From: Candidatus Norongarragalinales archaeon
GTDB lineage: Archaea; Micrarchaeota; Micrarchaeia; Norongarragalinales; Norongarragalinaceae
Assembly (NCBI GenBank): GCA_038884755.1
Contig: JAWABJ010000001.1
Location: 544,001-608,000 of the forward strand
Reading direction: 5' to 3'
Length of the DNA: 64,000 nucleotides
Shown here: positions 27,935 to 37,494 of the stretch, in pieces
Numbering within the stretch: position 1 is the stretch's first letter
Layout of the letters: every line of letters starts with the position of its first letter
Notes under the pieces: generated by a model
Databases searched by the model: none
Seen by the model: the letters and a program-made list of their open reading frames with translations, nothing else
What the model was told of the DNA's origin: nothing
Translations under genes and position numbers: made by a program

Positions 27935-29079
27935 TTTTTCACCTCTTGCCAGCTGAGCCTGATTTTCTTTGAGTTGAGCATCGGATTGCTTCCCTTCACT
28001 TCCTCGATTACGACAAGGTTTTTCGCTTCTAATGCTTTGAGGTAGTTCCGAATTTGTCTTTTTGTGCGAGTCAGCTTCTTGCAAAAAGCTAAGTACAACT
28101 CCGAGGATTGTTTTTCCCCGGTTTTCAGAATCTCAAGAATAAGCTTTTCTTCTTCGGTTAAGCTTTTTGAACGTATTTCGAAACTGCACTCTTCCACTAG
28201 CATATTTTTAGAGTCGTAAAGCGTCTTGCCGTCCACTGCCTCAACATCTTCGACCGTAATCTTCTTTTTGTCTTGCTTGTCCGCGTGCTTTGCGGCCTTC
28301 CACAAAAGCTCAAGCCCAACCCGCACATTGCTTTTTCTTGCAACTGCTTTTTCAGCGCACGCTTCAATCACGTCCTTGCCCCAACTTCCAGGCAAGAGCC
28401 CAGCCTTGGCTCGTTCTGCCAGAATTTCAGCCATTTGCTGTTTGTTATAGTGCTTGAACTCAAAGTCAGTAAAGCGAACCGAGCTCTTGATTCTCATGTC
28501 CTTATTTACGAGCAAGTAAGGGTCGTTGGAGATGCCAATTATTCCAAAGAAGGGCTTGCCTTTGCCTGCTCTTGAAAGCTCGTAAAGCAATTTTTCCTCG
28601 TTGTGGAAAAACAAGCCGTCCAACTCGTCCAAAACCACTAAAACGCGCACTCCTTCTTTCTCCATTACTTCTGTGATACGGTTGAACACCTCGTCTGTTG
28701 CCAAGCCGCGGCGGGGCAGTATTTCCTTCAATTGGTTTACGATGAGCGAGTAAACCGCCATTCTGGTTGAGTACTCCCAACAATTAGCGTAAACGGTTCT
28801 GACGCGGGAAGTGTATTCCTCCATTTCCTTCAAAACATGCTTTACGCAAGTGGTTTTTCCAGTTCCGCTGTCTCCGTGAATGAACAAGTTGTCCGGCTGG
28901 CGGCCGTCAATCAAAGGCTTTATTGCTTCTGCAATGGCTTGCATTTCAGCCTCGCGGTGCAACAACTCGGCAGGATAATACTCGGGCATGAGAACCTCTT
29001 CCCGAGTAACAAGGCTTGCGTCATCGCGTTGCGTGCTGCTAAACAGGCGGCTCACCAAACCCACCAAAAACCATTTCAC
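27931..29079 (-). CDS. cdc6: Orc1/Cdc6 family AAA+ replication initiator
   Basis: PEYYPAELLHRE, Walker A GDSGTGKT, VYANC, PRRGL, Walker B VVLDELD, GISN, C-terminal wHTH; exact start uncertain. Confidence 0.92.
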   Translation of the reverse strand: MKWFLVGLVSRLFSSTQRDDASLVTREEVLMPEYYPAELLHREAEMQAIAEAIKPLIDGRQPDNLFIHGDSGTGKTTCVKHVLKEMEEYTSRVRTVYANCWEYSTRMAVYSLIVNQLKEILPRRGLATDEVFNRITEVMEKEGVRVLVVLDELDGLFFHNEEKLLYELSRAGKGKPFFGIIGISNDPYLLVNKDMRIKSSVRFTDFEFKHYNKQQMAEILAERAKAGLLPGSWGKDVIEACAEKAVARKSNVRVGLELLWKAAKHADKQDKKKITVEDVEAVDGKTLYDSKNMLVEECSFEIRSKSLTEEEKLILEILKTGEKQSSELYLAFCKKLTRTKRQIRNYLKALEAKNLVVIEEVKGSNPMLNSKKIRLSWQEVKK

Positions 29080-29231
29080 AACAAGGAGATTTAAAATTAA
29101 CGGCTAAAAATACCAAATTACTGCGGAAATGAGGTGTGTCTGTGTTTCGATAAATGTTTTGTGGTTCCTAACCAATCTTTCCAAACAATAAGTATAAATA
29201 CTATGATGTTTCATAACTATATGTGATTTAA

Positions 29232-30920
29232 ATGGCTAAGGCTGATGAACGCAAGGCTGCTGTTCTTGATGTCGTGCAAGCGAAGGGCAAGCCGGTTACT
29301 CCGCAAGACGTTGGGCAGGAGCTTGGCGTGTCTTGGAATACTGCTCAAACGTACTTGCAAGAGCTCGCTGCAGAGGGTTTTTTGCAGCACGAGAAAGTCG
29401 GCGGCCAAAACTTGTTTTTCATCAAAACTGGGGCGGGGGCTAAGCTGACTCAGCAAGAGCTTGAAGCGCACTTGTGGAAAGCCGCGGACATTCTGCGCGG
29501 GAGCATTGATTCGTCGGATTACAAGAACTATATTTTTGGGATGCTTTTCCTCAAGCGCTTGAACGACGTTTTCGAGGAGGAAGCCGAACGCATTGAGAAA
29601 GAAACTGGGAACAAGAAAGCGGCTTGGGAAGATCCTGACGAGCACCAGTTTTTTGTTCCGCCTCGCGCAAGATGGGAAGAACTCCGCAAAGCCACCGCAG
29701 ATATTGGTGCGGCAATAAACAAAGCCAACGAAGCTTTGGAAGAGCAAAATCCTTTGCTTGAAGGCGTTCTCGCGGTAACCGATTTTAATAATAAAGACCG
29801 CTTGCCTGACCGCGTTCTTTCCAAGCTAATCATTCACTTCAGCAAATACCGCTTGCGAAATTCAGACCTGTCCGAGCCCGACTTGCTTGGACGCGCTTAT
29901 GAGTACCTAATCAAGCAATTCGCTGACGACGCTGGAAAGAAGGGAGGCGAATTCTACACGCCCCAGAAAGTCGTTCAACTCATTGTTCACTTGCTTAAGC
30001 CTACTGAGGGCATGCGCGTTTGCGACCCTTGTTGCGGTTCAGGCGGAATGCTCATTGAAACCGTGCGCTACTTGCGCGAGCACAAGAAGAACCCGCGCAA
30101 TATTTCTCTTTACGGCCAAGAGAAGAACTTGAACACGTGGGCTATTTGCAAAATGAATTTGTTGCTTCACGGCGTTTTGGATGCGCGAATCGAAAAGGGC
30201 GACACGCTTTTGACGCCTAAGCTTCTTGAAGACCGCCAACTCATGCTCTTCGACCGCGTGATCGCCAACCCAATGTGGAATCAGGACGAGTGGGGTCGCG
30301 ACGAGTTGTTGAAAGGCGACCCGTACGGCCGTTTTGTGTTCGGTTTGCCGCCTCAAAAGACTGCTGACTGGGCTTGGATTCAACACATGTTTGCAACTCT
30401 CAAGAATGAGGGCAAGCTCGGTATCGTGTTGGACAACGGCGTTCTCTTCCGAGGCGGGCAGGAAGGGAAAATACGTCAGAAATTCTTGGAAAAAGACTTC
30501 GTCGAGGCCGTCATTGCTTTGCCCTCTAATTTGTTTTACAACACGCCTTCGCCTGGCTGTATAATGATAATCAACCGCGCGAAGGAAGCCAAGCGCAAGG
30601 GCAAAGTATTGTTCATTTACGCGGCAAACGATTACGAAGAAGGCAAGGCCCAGAATTTCTTGCGTGATTCTGACGTTCAAAAAATCATTAAAACATTCGA
30701 AGACTTTAAGGACATAGACAAGTACGCGAAGGTCGCGACGCTTGAAGAAATCAAGGAAAACGACTACAACTTGAATGTAACGCGTTACGTAGACGTTACC
30801 GAGCCAGAGCCGAAAATTGATGTTAGGAAGGCTTACGCCGAGCTTAAAGCAAGCGAGCAAAAGCGCAAGGAAACCGAGAAGCAATTAGAGCAATACTTGA
30901 AGGTGCTCGGATATGACTAA
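29232..30920 (+). CDS. hsdM: type I R-M methyltransferase subunit with N-terminal winged-HTH
   Basis: LWKAADILRG, GEFYTP, DPCCGSGG, GQE, VIANPMW, NLFYNT, YNLNV. Confidence 0.95.
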   Translation: MAKADERKAAVLDVVQAKGKPVTPQDVGQELGVSWNTAQTYLQELAAEGFLQHEKVGGQNLFFIKTGAGAKLTQQELEAHLWKAADILRGSIDSSDYKNYIFGMLFLKRLNDVFEEEAERIEKETGNKKAAWEDPDEHQFFVPPRARWEELRKATADIGAAINKANEALEEQNPLLEGVLAVTDFNNKDRLPDRVLSKLIIHFSKYRLRNSDLSEPDLLGRAYEYLIKQFADDAGKKGGEFYTPQKVVQLIVHLLKPTEGMRVCDPCCGSGGMLIETVRYLREHKKNPRNISLYGQEKNLNTWAICKMNLLLHGVLDARIEKGDTLLTPKLLEDRQLMLFDRVIANPMWNQDEWGRDELLKGDPYGRFVFGLPPQKTADWAWIQHMFATLKNEGKLGIVLDNGVLFRGGQEGKIRQKFLEKDFVEAVIALPSNLFYNTPSPGCIMIINRAKEAKRKGKVLFIYAANDYEEGKAQNFLRDSDVQKIIKTFEDFKDIDKYAKVATLEEIKENDYNLNVTRYVDVTEPEPKIDVRKAYAELKASEQKRKETEKQLEQYLKVLGYD

Positions 30921-32124
30921 GCCCGGCTTTAAGCAAACCGAAATCGGAGAAATACCTGAAGAATGGGAATTAGCAAAAATCTGCGATAAGTGTTTGATTA
31001 TAAAGGGTAGAAAACCGCAGAAAATCTATGAAGAACAGGTTGATGGAGGCAGGCCATACTTGCTTGTCGAACACATGTCTGGCGGCCAAAAATTTTTCAC
31101 GGATGATCCAGCAGTACCGGATTGTTACGAACAGGATACTCTTCTTATAATGGACGGATCACGGTCTGGCTTAGTTTTTACCGGATACGCCGGCGCAATA
31201 GGTTCTACCTTCGGTGCAGTACGCCCAAAAGATGAGACAGTCATATCCAGATTTGTCTATTATTTCTTACAAACAAAATACGAATTATTGCAAACACACA
31301 GAACCAAAGGAGCAATTCCTCATGTTGATAAGCAAATACTCCGTAACATGCTAATTCCGCTTCCGCCTCTTCCTGAGCAGCAGAAAATCGCTTCTGTGCT
31401 TTCCACTGTTGACGAGGCAATCCAGCAAACGAACGAAGTCATTGAGCAAGCCAAGCAAGTAAAGAAGGGTTTAATGCAAGAGTTGTTGACGCGTGGGATT
31501 GGGCACAAAAAGTTTAAGCAAACCGAAATCGGAGAAATACCAGAAGAATGGGAAACCGCACGGCTAACTGACATTGCAAATTATTTCAATGGACGCGCGT
31601 TTAAACCAAGCGATTGGAAGACTAAAGGGCTTCCGATAATTCGAATTCAGAATTTAACAGACCCGCAAGAATTATACAACTATTACGATGGTCAAGTCGA
31701 TGAAGAGAATTTAATCCAAAAAGGGGACTTGCTTTTTTCTTGGTCGGCCACATTAGGCGCGTTCATATGGCACAAAGATACGGCAGTATTGAACCAACAC
31801 ATATTCAAAGTAATTCCTAAGAGCAATGTTTACAAGAATTTTCTATATTACAATTTGTTTTCTGCTATTGAGCGCCTAAAGCAAAGAGTTCATGGTTCTA
31901 CTATGCGCCATTTTAGAAAGGGAGAACTCTCGAAAATTATTGTTCCACTTCCGCCTCTCCCTGAGCAGCAAAAAATAGCAGAAATTCTTTCTGTAGAGGA
32001 CGCGAAAATTGAGGCTGAAGTTGAGAAAAAAAAGCAGCTTGAGACGCTCAAGAAAGGCTTGATGCAAGACTTGCTTACTGGAAGGGTTCGTTTTCCAGAG
32101 TTTGTTAAAGGTGCAAACACATGA
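30913..32124 (+). CDS. hsdS: type I R-M specificity subunit (two TRDs)
   Basis: Duplicated KQTEIGEIPEEW, PLPPLPEQQKIA and KKGLMQ spacers flanking AT-rich variable domains. Confidence 0.96.
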   Translation: MTKPGFKQTEIGEIPEEWELAKICDKCLIIKGRKPQKIYEEQVDGGRPYLLVEHMSGGQKFFTDDPAVPDCYEQDTLLIMDGSRSGLVFTGYAGAIGSTFGAVRPKDETVISRFVYYFLQTKYELLQTHRTKGAIPHVDKQILRNMLIPLPPLPEQQKIASVLSTVDEAIQQTNEVIEQAKQVKKGLMQELLTRGIGHKKFKQTEIGEIPEEWETARLTDIANYFNGRAFKPSDWKTKGLPIIRIQNLTDPQELYNYYDGQVDEENLIQKGDLLFSWSATLGAFIWHKDTAVLNQHIFKVIPKSNVYKNFLYYNLFSAIERLKQRVHGSTMRHFRKGELSKIIVPLPPLPEQQKIAEILSVEDAKIEAEVEKKKQLETLKKGLMQDLLTGRVRFPEFVKGANT

Positions 32125-35078
32125 TGGAGCACTCTGAAGAGTGGAACGAGTTTTACTTGAGCGAAAAACCAGCGTTCGAACTCTTGCGGGATAAGTTGGG
32201 TTATTCTTTCAAAGAAGGCGAAGAAATCGATTTAGAGCGCGAAAGCCCGAAGCAAGTAGTCTTGGAAAAACGCTTGGCTGAGGCAGTAAAGAGAATAAAC
32301 CCGTGGATTGACTACTACAACTTAACCCGTGTCGTCAGACGCCTGGCTACAATCGTGGCAAGCGGCGTAATGGAAGCCAACTTAAAGGTTTACACTGACT
32401 TGGTTCACAACATTGCAGTAGAGCAAGACGTGGGCTCTGGAAAAAAGAACCAGACAGTCAAGATAATTGATTTTGAAAACCCCGAGAACAACGAATTCTT
32501 GGTCGTGCGACAGCTCAAGATTTGGGGCCCGAAAGAAAACATCAAGCCAGACTTGATTGTGTTCGTGAACGGCTTGCCCGTTGCAGTTATCGAGTGCAAG
32601 AGTCCAACCATCAACGAGCCAATAGAAAAAGGAGTTACGCAACTCCTGCGCTACCAAGACAAAGACATCGGAGCGCCACAGTTATTCTACTACAACCAAA
32701 TTCTTGTTTCTGCTTGCGGCCAAGCAGCAGAGTGCTCGACAATAGGCGCTCAAAGACGGCATTTTCACGCTTGGCGAGATCCTTGGCCGTACACAGAAGA
32801 AAAAATCGAGAAGATTCTGGGCAAGAAACCCACTCCACAAGATATTCTCTTGTTCGGGGTTTTCGACAAACGCAGTTTGCTGGACTTGATTCAAAACTTT
32901 ATCGTCTTCGACCCTGAAAACGGAGTAATGGTCAAGAAACTAGCTCGTTACCAACAGTTTAGGACCGTAAACAAGGCGTTGGAGAAAGTCAGAACCGCAA
33001 AGAGTCTGCGCGAACGCGGCGGCATTGTCTGGCACTGGCAAGGCTCGGGCAAGTCGCTTACAATGCTTTGGCTTGCCGTAAAACTAAGGAGAGAAGCCAG
33101 GCTGCACAATCCAGCGCTTATTATTGTTACCGACAGAATTCAACTCGATAATCAAATCTCAGGAACCTTTGAGCGCTGTGGCTTTCCGAACCCGGTTCAC
33201 GCCGAGAGTTCTGAAGAATTAAGGGAGTTGCTCAAAACTGGTTCAGGCCAAACCGTGCTTACTACTATCCAAAAGTTTTTGACGAGAACGGGAGAAAAGA
33301 AAGGCGAGTTTCCAGTTCTTTCAACGTCTAAAGACGTTTTTGTTCTCGTCGACGAAGCGCATAGAACACAATATCGCGATTTTGCGGCGAACATGCGGCA
33401 AGCCCTCCCAAACGCCTGTTATTTTGCTTTCACTGGAACACCGATAGACAAGAAAGACAGGAGCACGCCAGCAACTTTCGGCGATTACATTGACAAATAC
33501 ACGATAGAACAATCGGTTGAAGACAAGGCGACAGTCCCGATTTTCTATGAAAGCAGGTTGCCGCAATTGCGAGTAGAAGGAGAGTCTCTAGACAAGATTT
33601 TTGACAGGGTATTCGCCGATTTAAGCGACAAAGAAAAGAAGGAATTGAAAAAGAAGTATGCCAACGAACAGGCAATCGCGGGAGCGCCGCAGAGGATAGA
33701 AAAGATTTGCTTGGATTTGCTGGAGCATTACGAGAAATTCATTCAGCCCAACGGCTTTAAAGCCCAAATCGTAGCCATCGACAGGAAAACAGCAGTTCTT
33801 TACAAGAAAACTCTCGACCGTCTAAAAGGGCCTAATTCTGCTGTAATTGTTTCGGAAGCACCAGACGACCCTGAAGAAATGCGAATTTACCCGAAAACCC
33901 AAGAAGAACGAGACTTGCTTATAGAACGATTCAAGCAGCCAATGGACAAAGACCCGCTTTCTATACTTGTTGTTTGCGATATGCTGTTAACGGGTTTTGA
34001 CGCGCCAATCGAGCAAGTAATGTACTTAGACAGCCCCTTGAAAGAGCATAATTTGCTGCAAGCAATCGCGAGAGTAAACCGGCCTTATGATAAAAAAACG
34101 TACGGCTTGATTGTCGATTATTATGGTGTTTCCAACTTTTTGAGCCAAGCGCTTGAAGTATTCAAGACGCAAGACATTAAAGGCGTTCTGCGGCCTGTTT
34201 CCGACCAATTACCTCTATTGCAAGCGAGACACAGGAAAGTCCTCTCTTACTTTAAAAAAGTAGACAAGAACGATTTGGACGCTTGCGTTGCAGTTTTAGA
34301 ACCTGAAGACGTGAGGGCCGAGTTCGAGCTTGCGTTCAAGAAATTCGCGGAAAGCATGGACATGATACTGCCGGACCCGGCAGCGAACCCGTACCGTGAG
34401 GACTTGAAGGCTCTTGGGAAAATCCGCAACGCCGCCAGGCTGAGGTTTAGAGACGACCAAATGAGCCTTTCCGGCTACGGGAGCAAAGTAAGGCAGTTAA
34501 TTGAAGAACACATTAGGGCAACTGGCGTTGATCCACTCCTGAAACCCATTTCTATTCTTGACAAGGAATTCAAGAAACAAGTCGAAAACCTTTCTTCAGA
34601 CGAAGCTAAGGCAAGCGAGATGGAGCACGCTTTAAGGTTCGAGATTCGAGTCAAGAGAGAAGAAAACCCTGTTTACTACGATTCTCTGAAGGAAAAGCTT
34701 GAGCGGTTGATTGAAGAGCGCAAGGCCAAGCGCATAGAAATGGCTAAGCTGCTCGACTCGTTGCGGGAATTGACTGAGGAAGCGAAAAGCGTTCAAGACA
34801 AGGCTAAAGAGCTGGGACTAAACAAGTTCGAGTTCGGCGTTTACGAAACCCTGCAAAAAGAAGGATTGGCGCAAGAAACGCTGAAGCAATTAACGAAAAG
34901 AATATCGAAAGAACTAGACGAAATACTGGTGGTGGATTGGGGTTCTAAAGAAAACGTTCAACGCGAGGCTCGAAGAGCAATTAAGCGGAGCTTGCGGGCG
35001 TTTGATTGTCCTGAAGACAAGCTTAACGGAATAACGCCTCAAATCATGGACTTGGCGAGGGTGCACTTGCGCAAGTAA
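32121..35078 (+). CDS. hsdR: type I R-M restriction subunit
   Basis: PDLIVFVNGLP...IECK, QGSGKS, VDEAHR, FTGTP, MLLTGFDAP, QAIARVNR. Confidence 0.97.
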   Translation: MMEHSEEWNEFYLSEKPAFELLRDKLGYSFKEGEEIDLERESPKQVVLEKRLAEAVKRINPWIDYYNLTRVVRRLATIVASGVMEANLKVYTDLVHNIAVEQDVGSGKKNQTVKIIDFENPENNEFLVVRQLKIWGPKENIKPDLIVFVNGLPVAVIECKSPTINEPIEKGVTQLLRYQDKDIGAPQLFYYNQILVSACGQAAECSTIGAQRRHFHAWRDPWPYTEEKIEKILGKKPTPQDILLFGVFDKRSLLDLIQNFIVFDPENGVMVKKLARYQQFRTVNKALEKVRTAKSLRERGGIVWHWQGSGKSLTMLWLAVKLRREARLHNPALIIVTDRIQLDNQISGTFERCGFPNPVHAESSEELRELLKTGSGQTVLTTIQKFLTRTGEKKGEFPVLSTSKDVFVLVDEAHRTQYRDFAANMRQALPNACYFAFTGTPIDKKDRSTPATFGDYIDKYTIEQSVEDKATVPIFYESRLPQLRVEGESLDKIFDRVFADLSDKEKKELKKKYANEQAIAGAPQRIEKICLDLLEHYEKFIQPNGFKAQIVAIDRKTAVLYKKTLDRLKGPNSAVIVSEAPDDPEEMRIYPKTQEERDLLIERFKQPMDKDPLSILVVCDMLLTGFDAPIEQVMYLDSPLKEHNLLQAIARVNRPYDKKTYGLIVDYYGVSNFLSQALEVFKTQDIKGVLRPVSDQLPLLQARHRKVLSYFKKVDKNDLDACVAVLEPEDVRAEFELAFKKFAESMDMILPDPAANPYREDLKALGKIRNAARLRFRDDQMSLSGYGSKVRQLIEEHIRATGVDPLLKPISILDKEFKKQVENLSSDEAKASEMEHALRFEIRVKREENPVYYDSLKEKLERLIEERKAKRIEMAKLLDSLRELTEEAKSVQDKAKELGLNKFEFGVYETLQKEGLAQETLKQLTKRISKELDEILVVDWGSKENVQREARRAIKRSLRAFDCPEDKLNGITPQIMDLARVHLRK

Positions 35079-35089
35079 ATGGTGTTTGT

Positions 35090-35803
35090 ATGCCCGAAGT
35101 AATTTTTGGAGAACAAAAAATTGAGTTCGAGAGACTTGCTTCAAAGTCAAAGAACACCATTACTATTCAAGTTGATTCTGGAAAGAAAGTCAGCGTAAAA
35201 GCACCAACTGATTTGAGTGAAGGAGAACTAACCAGAATCGTTAAAACCAAGACGTCGTGGATCATCGACAAATTCCAAAGAATTGACGAAATCAAGGGAT
35301 TTGAAAACACTCGAGAATTCGTTTCAGGCGAAAGCTTCCTTTACAAGGGCAAGCTGTTACGGCTTAAAGTAATCCCAGCTCCTGACGCAGAAGAAGTCTA
35401 CACTGATACGACAACTATCTTTTGCAAGACAGGTAACAGCAAAAACCCCGAACGAATCGCTCAATTACTGGAAGAATGGTATAAACAAAGGGCGAAGCAA
35501 TACCTCGAAAACAGAGTGCTCCGTTTCTCTAACAAATTCAAGAAGAAACCAGCGAAGATAAGAATTCGGAACCAAAGCTTGCGCTGGGGAAGCTGCACGA
35601 AAAAAGGCGAAATCCTGCTCAACTGGCGTATCATAATGGCGCCGCCCTCAGTCATCGACTACGTTATAATCCACGAGCTCGCGCACTTAAAAGAAAAGAA
35701 TCATACGAAAGAATTTTGGGAACTAGTAAAGAACGCAATGCCGAACTACGAAGAAAAAAGAGAATGGCTTAGGGTGAATGGAACTTTATTATCGCTTAGA
35801 TAA
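35090..35803 (+). CDS. M48/YgjP (SprT-like) metallopeptidase associated with type I R-M
   Basis: RWGSC, LNWRII, DYVIIHELAH, NHTKEFW. Confidence 0.92.
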   Translation: MPEVIFGEQKIEFERLASKSKNTITIQVDSGKKVSVKAPTDLSEGELTRIVKTKTSWIIDKFQRIDEIKGFENTREFVSGESFLYKGKLLRLKVIPAPDAEEVYTDTTTIFCKTGNSKNPERIAQLLEEWYKQRAKQYLENRVLRFSNKFKKKPAKIRIRNQSLRWGSCTKKGEILLNWRIIMAPPSVIDYVIIHELAHLKEKNHTKEFWELVKNAMPNYEEKREWLRVNGTLLSLR

Positions 35804-36047
35804 TGTTTTCCTAGGAAACACCCCGCCTCTCCCGCGCTTTTTAATCTCAGTCAATCAACGAGTCCGTCCTCGTCGCCACGGCGTTTTCAGAGCAGAGTTT
35901 ATTAATGCCGAATGCAACAATCTGGTGCGTGAAGGGGCATTTTCGGGAGGGTTCTCTGCTTGGAGCTTTTGCTCCAAGTCTCGCCAAAACCTGCGTGGTT
36001 TCGCCGATGCTTTGAGGCGTGGTCTTACCTTGCTCCCCCTGCATTTT

Positions 36048-36842
36048 TTATGCCCAGCAGTTAGTTCCGCCTGCAATCCACGTTTCCCTGCACCTGTTGA
36101 TTTGCGCTATGTATCCTTGCGTGTCGTTCTCGTAGGAAGGAGCGTAAATGGGCATTATTTCTTCGGGCGTGTCCCTGCCGCGCGGCAGGTAGTGGCGCGA
36201 GTGCGTCATGTAATAGAAAAAGTGTTCGATTGAATTCTCGAAACTGTCGTAGCCGCAGTGCCCGTTAGAACGCCTGAAAGAGCAAAACTGCTTTCCAGGG
36301 GCATTGTAAACTATGTTTCCCCAAGCCAAGTGCTGCATGTATCCCCTTGCTTTCAATAAGCCCGATTCTTTCAAGCCTATGGCCATTGCAAACCAATCGT
36401 CAATGCGGTACTTGTCGCTTTTTTCGTAAATCAACTGCGCTGCGCTCTTTCCGCTGGGCTTGTCGCGAAAGCCGCACAAGGGAGATTTGTAATGGCACAA
36501 AATGCGTTCTATTTGCTCTGGCGAAAGCGAAGGCTTCGCTCCTTGAGCGAGTATTATAGACCTTCCGGAAGAGCGGACGTAAGAGCCGTACGGAAACGTG
36601 TAGCCGTCGCCTCCGGCTTGCCGCGAGGTTTTCGAGAGTTCGGTTTCGCTTTTGCCTGTAGCAACGCTCACTTCCTGCATGGTTTTTCCGCCCACGTCAA
36701 CCGAGTCTTTCGGAACGTCGACTTTAAAACCTAAAAAAATTCCTACGGCGTCGGGCGGCAGCCGCACGAGGGAAGTTTGGGCGTAAATTAAGGAAGAAAA
36801 GAAGGCGGTGAAGAGCAACAGCACAAAAACCGTTTTTCGCAT
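36048..36842 (-). CDS. secreted lysozyme-fold protein, glucosaminidase (GH73)-like
   Basis: Signal peptide MRKTVFVLLLFTAFFSSLIYA; IYEKSDKYRID...AIGLKESG, YDSFENSI, TPEEIMPIYAP motifs. Confidence 0.65.
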   Translation of the reverse strand: MRKTVFVLLLFTAFFSSLIYAQTSLVRLPPDAVGIFLGFKVDVPKDSVDVGGKTMQEVSVATGKSETELSKTSRQAGGDGYTFPYGSYVRSSGRSIILAQGAKPSLSPEQIERILCHYKSPLCGFRDKPSGKSAAQLIYEKSDKYRIDDWFAMAIGLKESGLLKARGYMQHLAWGNIVYNAPGKQFCSFRRSNGHCGYDSFENSIEHFFYYMTHSRHYLPRGRDTPEEIMPIYAPSYENDTQGYIAQINRCRETWIAGGTNCWA

Positions 36843-36882
36843 GAAAACACTTTCTCAAAACGGCTTTTTGTTACTTTGCGTT

Positions 36883-37458
36883 TCAAGGTTTTTTCAGGAA
36901 AGACAAGAATGAAGTGTGCACTAGTCCCACGTTCTTGGGCCGCGTGCCTTTTTCGCGCACGAGCCACTCGCGCGCTATGCTTTCCAGCGAAAGCCAATGC
37001 TCAAAACCCTGTTTTTCCCCTTCGCTGACGAAAGCGTTGACTTGCTCGGCGTTCGGGAGAAAGCCTATGCACAACCCGCCTTTGCGCAGGCAAGCGAACG
37101 CATTAGCCAAGAGCATATGCGAGTCTCCGCAATCCAAAACCACGCAATCCAATTCCTTTTCTTCAAACCCTTCTGCAGCGTCTTTCAGCTTGAACTCCAC
37201 GCGGTCGGCAAAACCGGCTTTCGCCGCGTTTTTCTTCGCCAAATCCAAAAAATCCTCGCGGCGTTCGTAAGAATATACTTTTCCGTTCACACCAATCGCG
37301 TTGGCTAAAAACACGGTAAGCCACCCGCTGCCGCTGCCGGCTTCCGCAACGCGGTCTCCTTCGCCTATGCCTGCGTAGCCCAACAGCAAACCCGCGTCTT
37401 TGGGCAAGACGACTTGCGGGCCGCGCTTGAACTTGCGCCATTCGAAAGCCGGAATCAT
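36883..37458 (-). CDS. trmI: tRNA m1A57/58 methyltransferase (TrmI/GCD14), N-terminally short
   Basis: KRGPQVVLPKD, EAGSGSG, YERREDF, VVLD, PNAEQV, HTSFL; ATG 37458 downstream of the tRNA. Confidence 0.88.
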   Translation of the reverse strand: MIPAFEWRKFKRGPQVVLPKDAGLLLGYAGIGEGDRVAEAGSGSGWLTVFLANAIGVNGKVYSYERREDFLDLAKKNAAKAGFADRVEFKLKDAAEGFEEKELDCVVLDCGDSHMLLANAFACLRKGGLCIGFLPNAEQVNAFVSEGEKQGFEHWLSLESIAREWLVREKGTRPKNVGLVHTSFLSFLKKP

Positions 37459-37494
37459 TTCAACGCCTTTTTGTTGTCGCTTGTTTGTTTGCAG

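Larger units (their letters stand above)
24116..36043. mobile_element. integrated element/genomic island at tRNA-Leu 3' end (~11.9 kb)
   Basis: Integrase directly downstream of the tRNA; 11-bp direct repeat CTCCCCCTGCA at 24116-24126 and 36033-36043; right copy followed by T6; cargo of cdc6, histone and type I R-M. Confidence 0.8.

Noticed and set aside
30928..31555. ~40-bp direct repeat in hsdS as a phase-variation (shufflon) site
   Set aside because: It is the normal duplicated conserved spacer of HsdS; no inverted repeats or silent hsdS copy were seen
35778..36233. Short ORFs in the island's right end (35778-36233, 35847-36044, 35855-36076)
   Set aside because: They cross the att site or neighbouring genes and have no motifs; the region looks non-coding apart from a hairpin CTTGGAGC-TTTT-GCTCCAAG at 35959-35978
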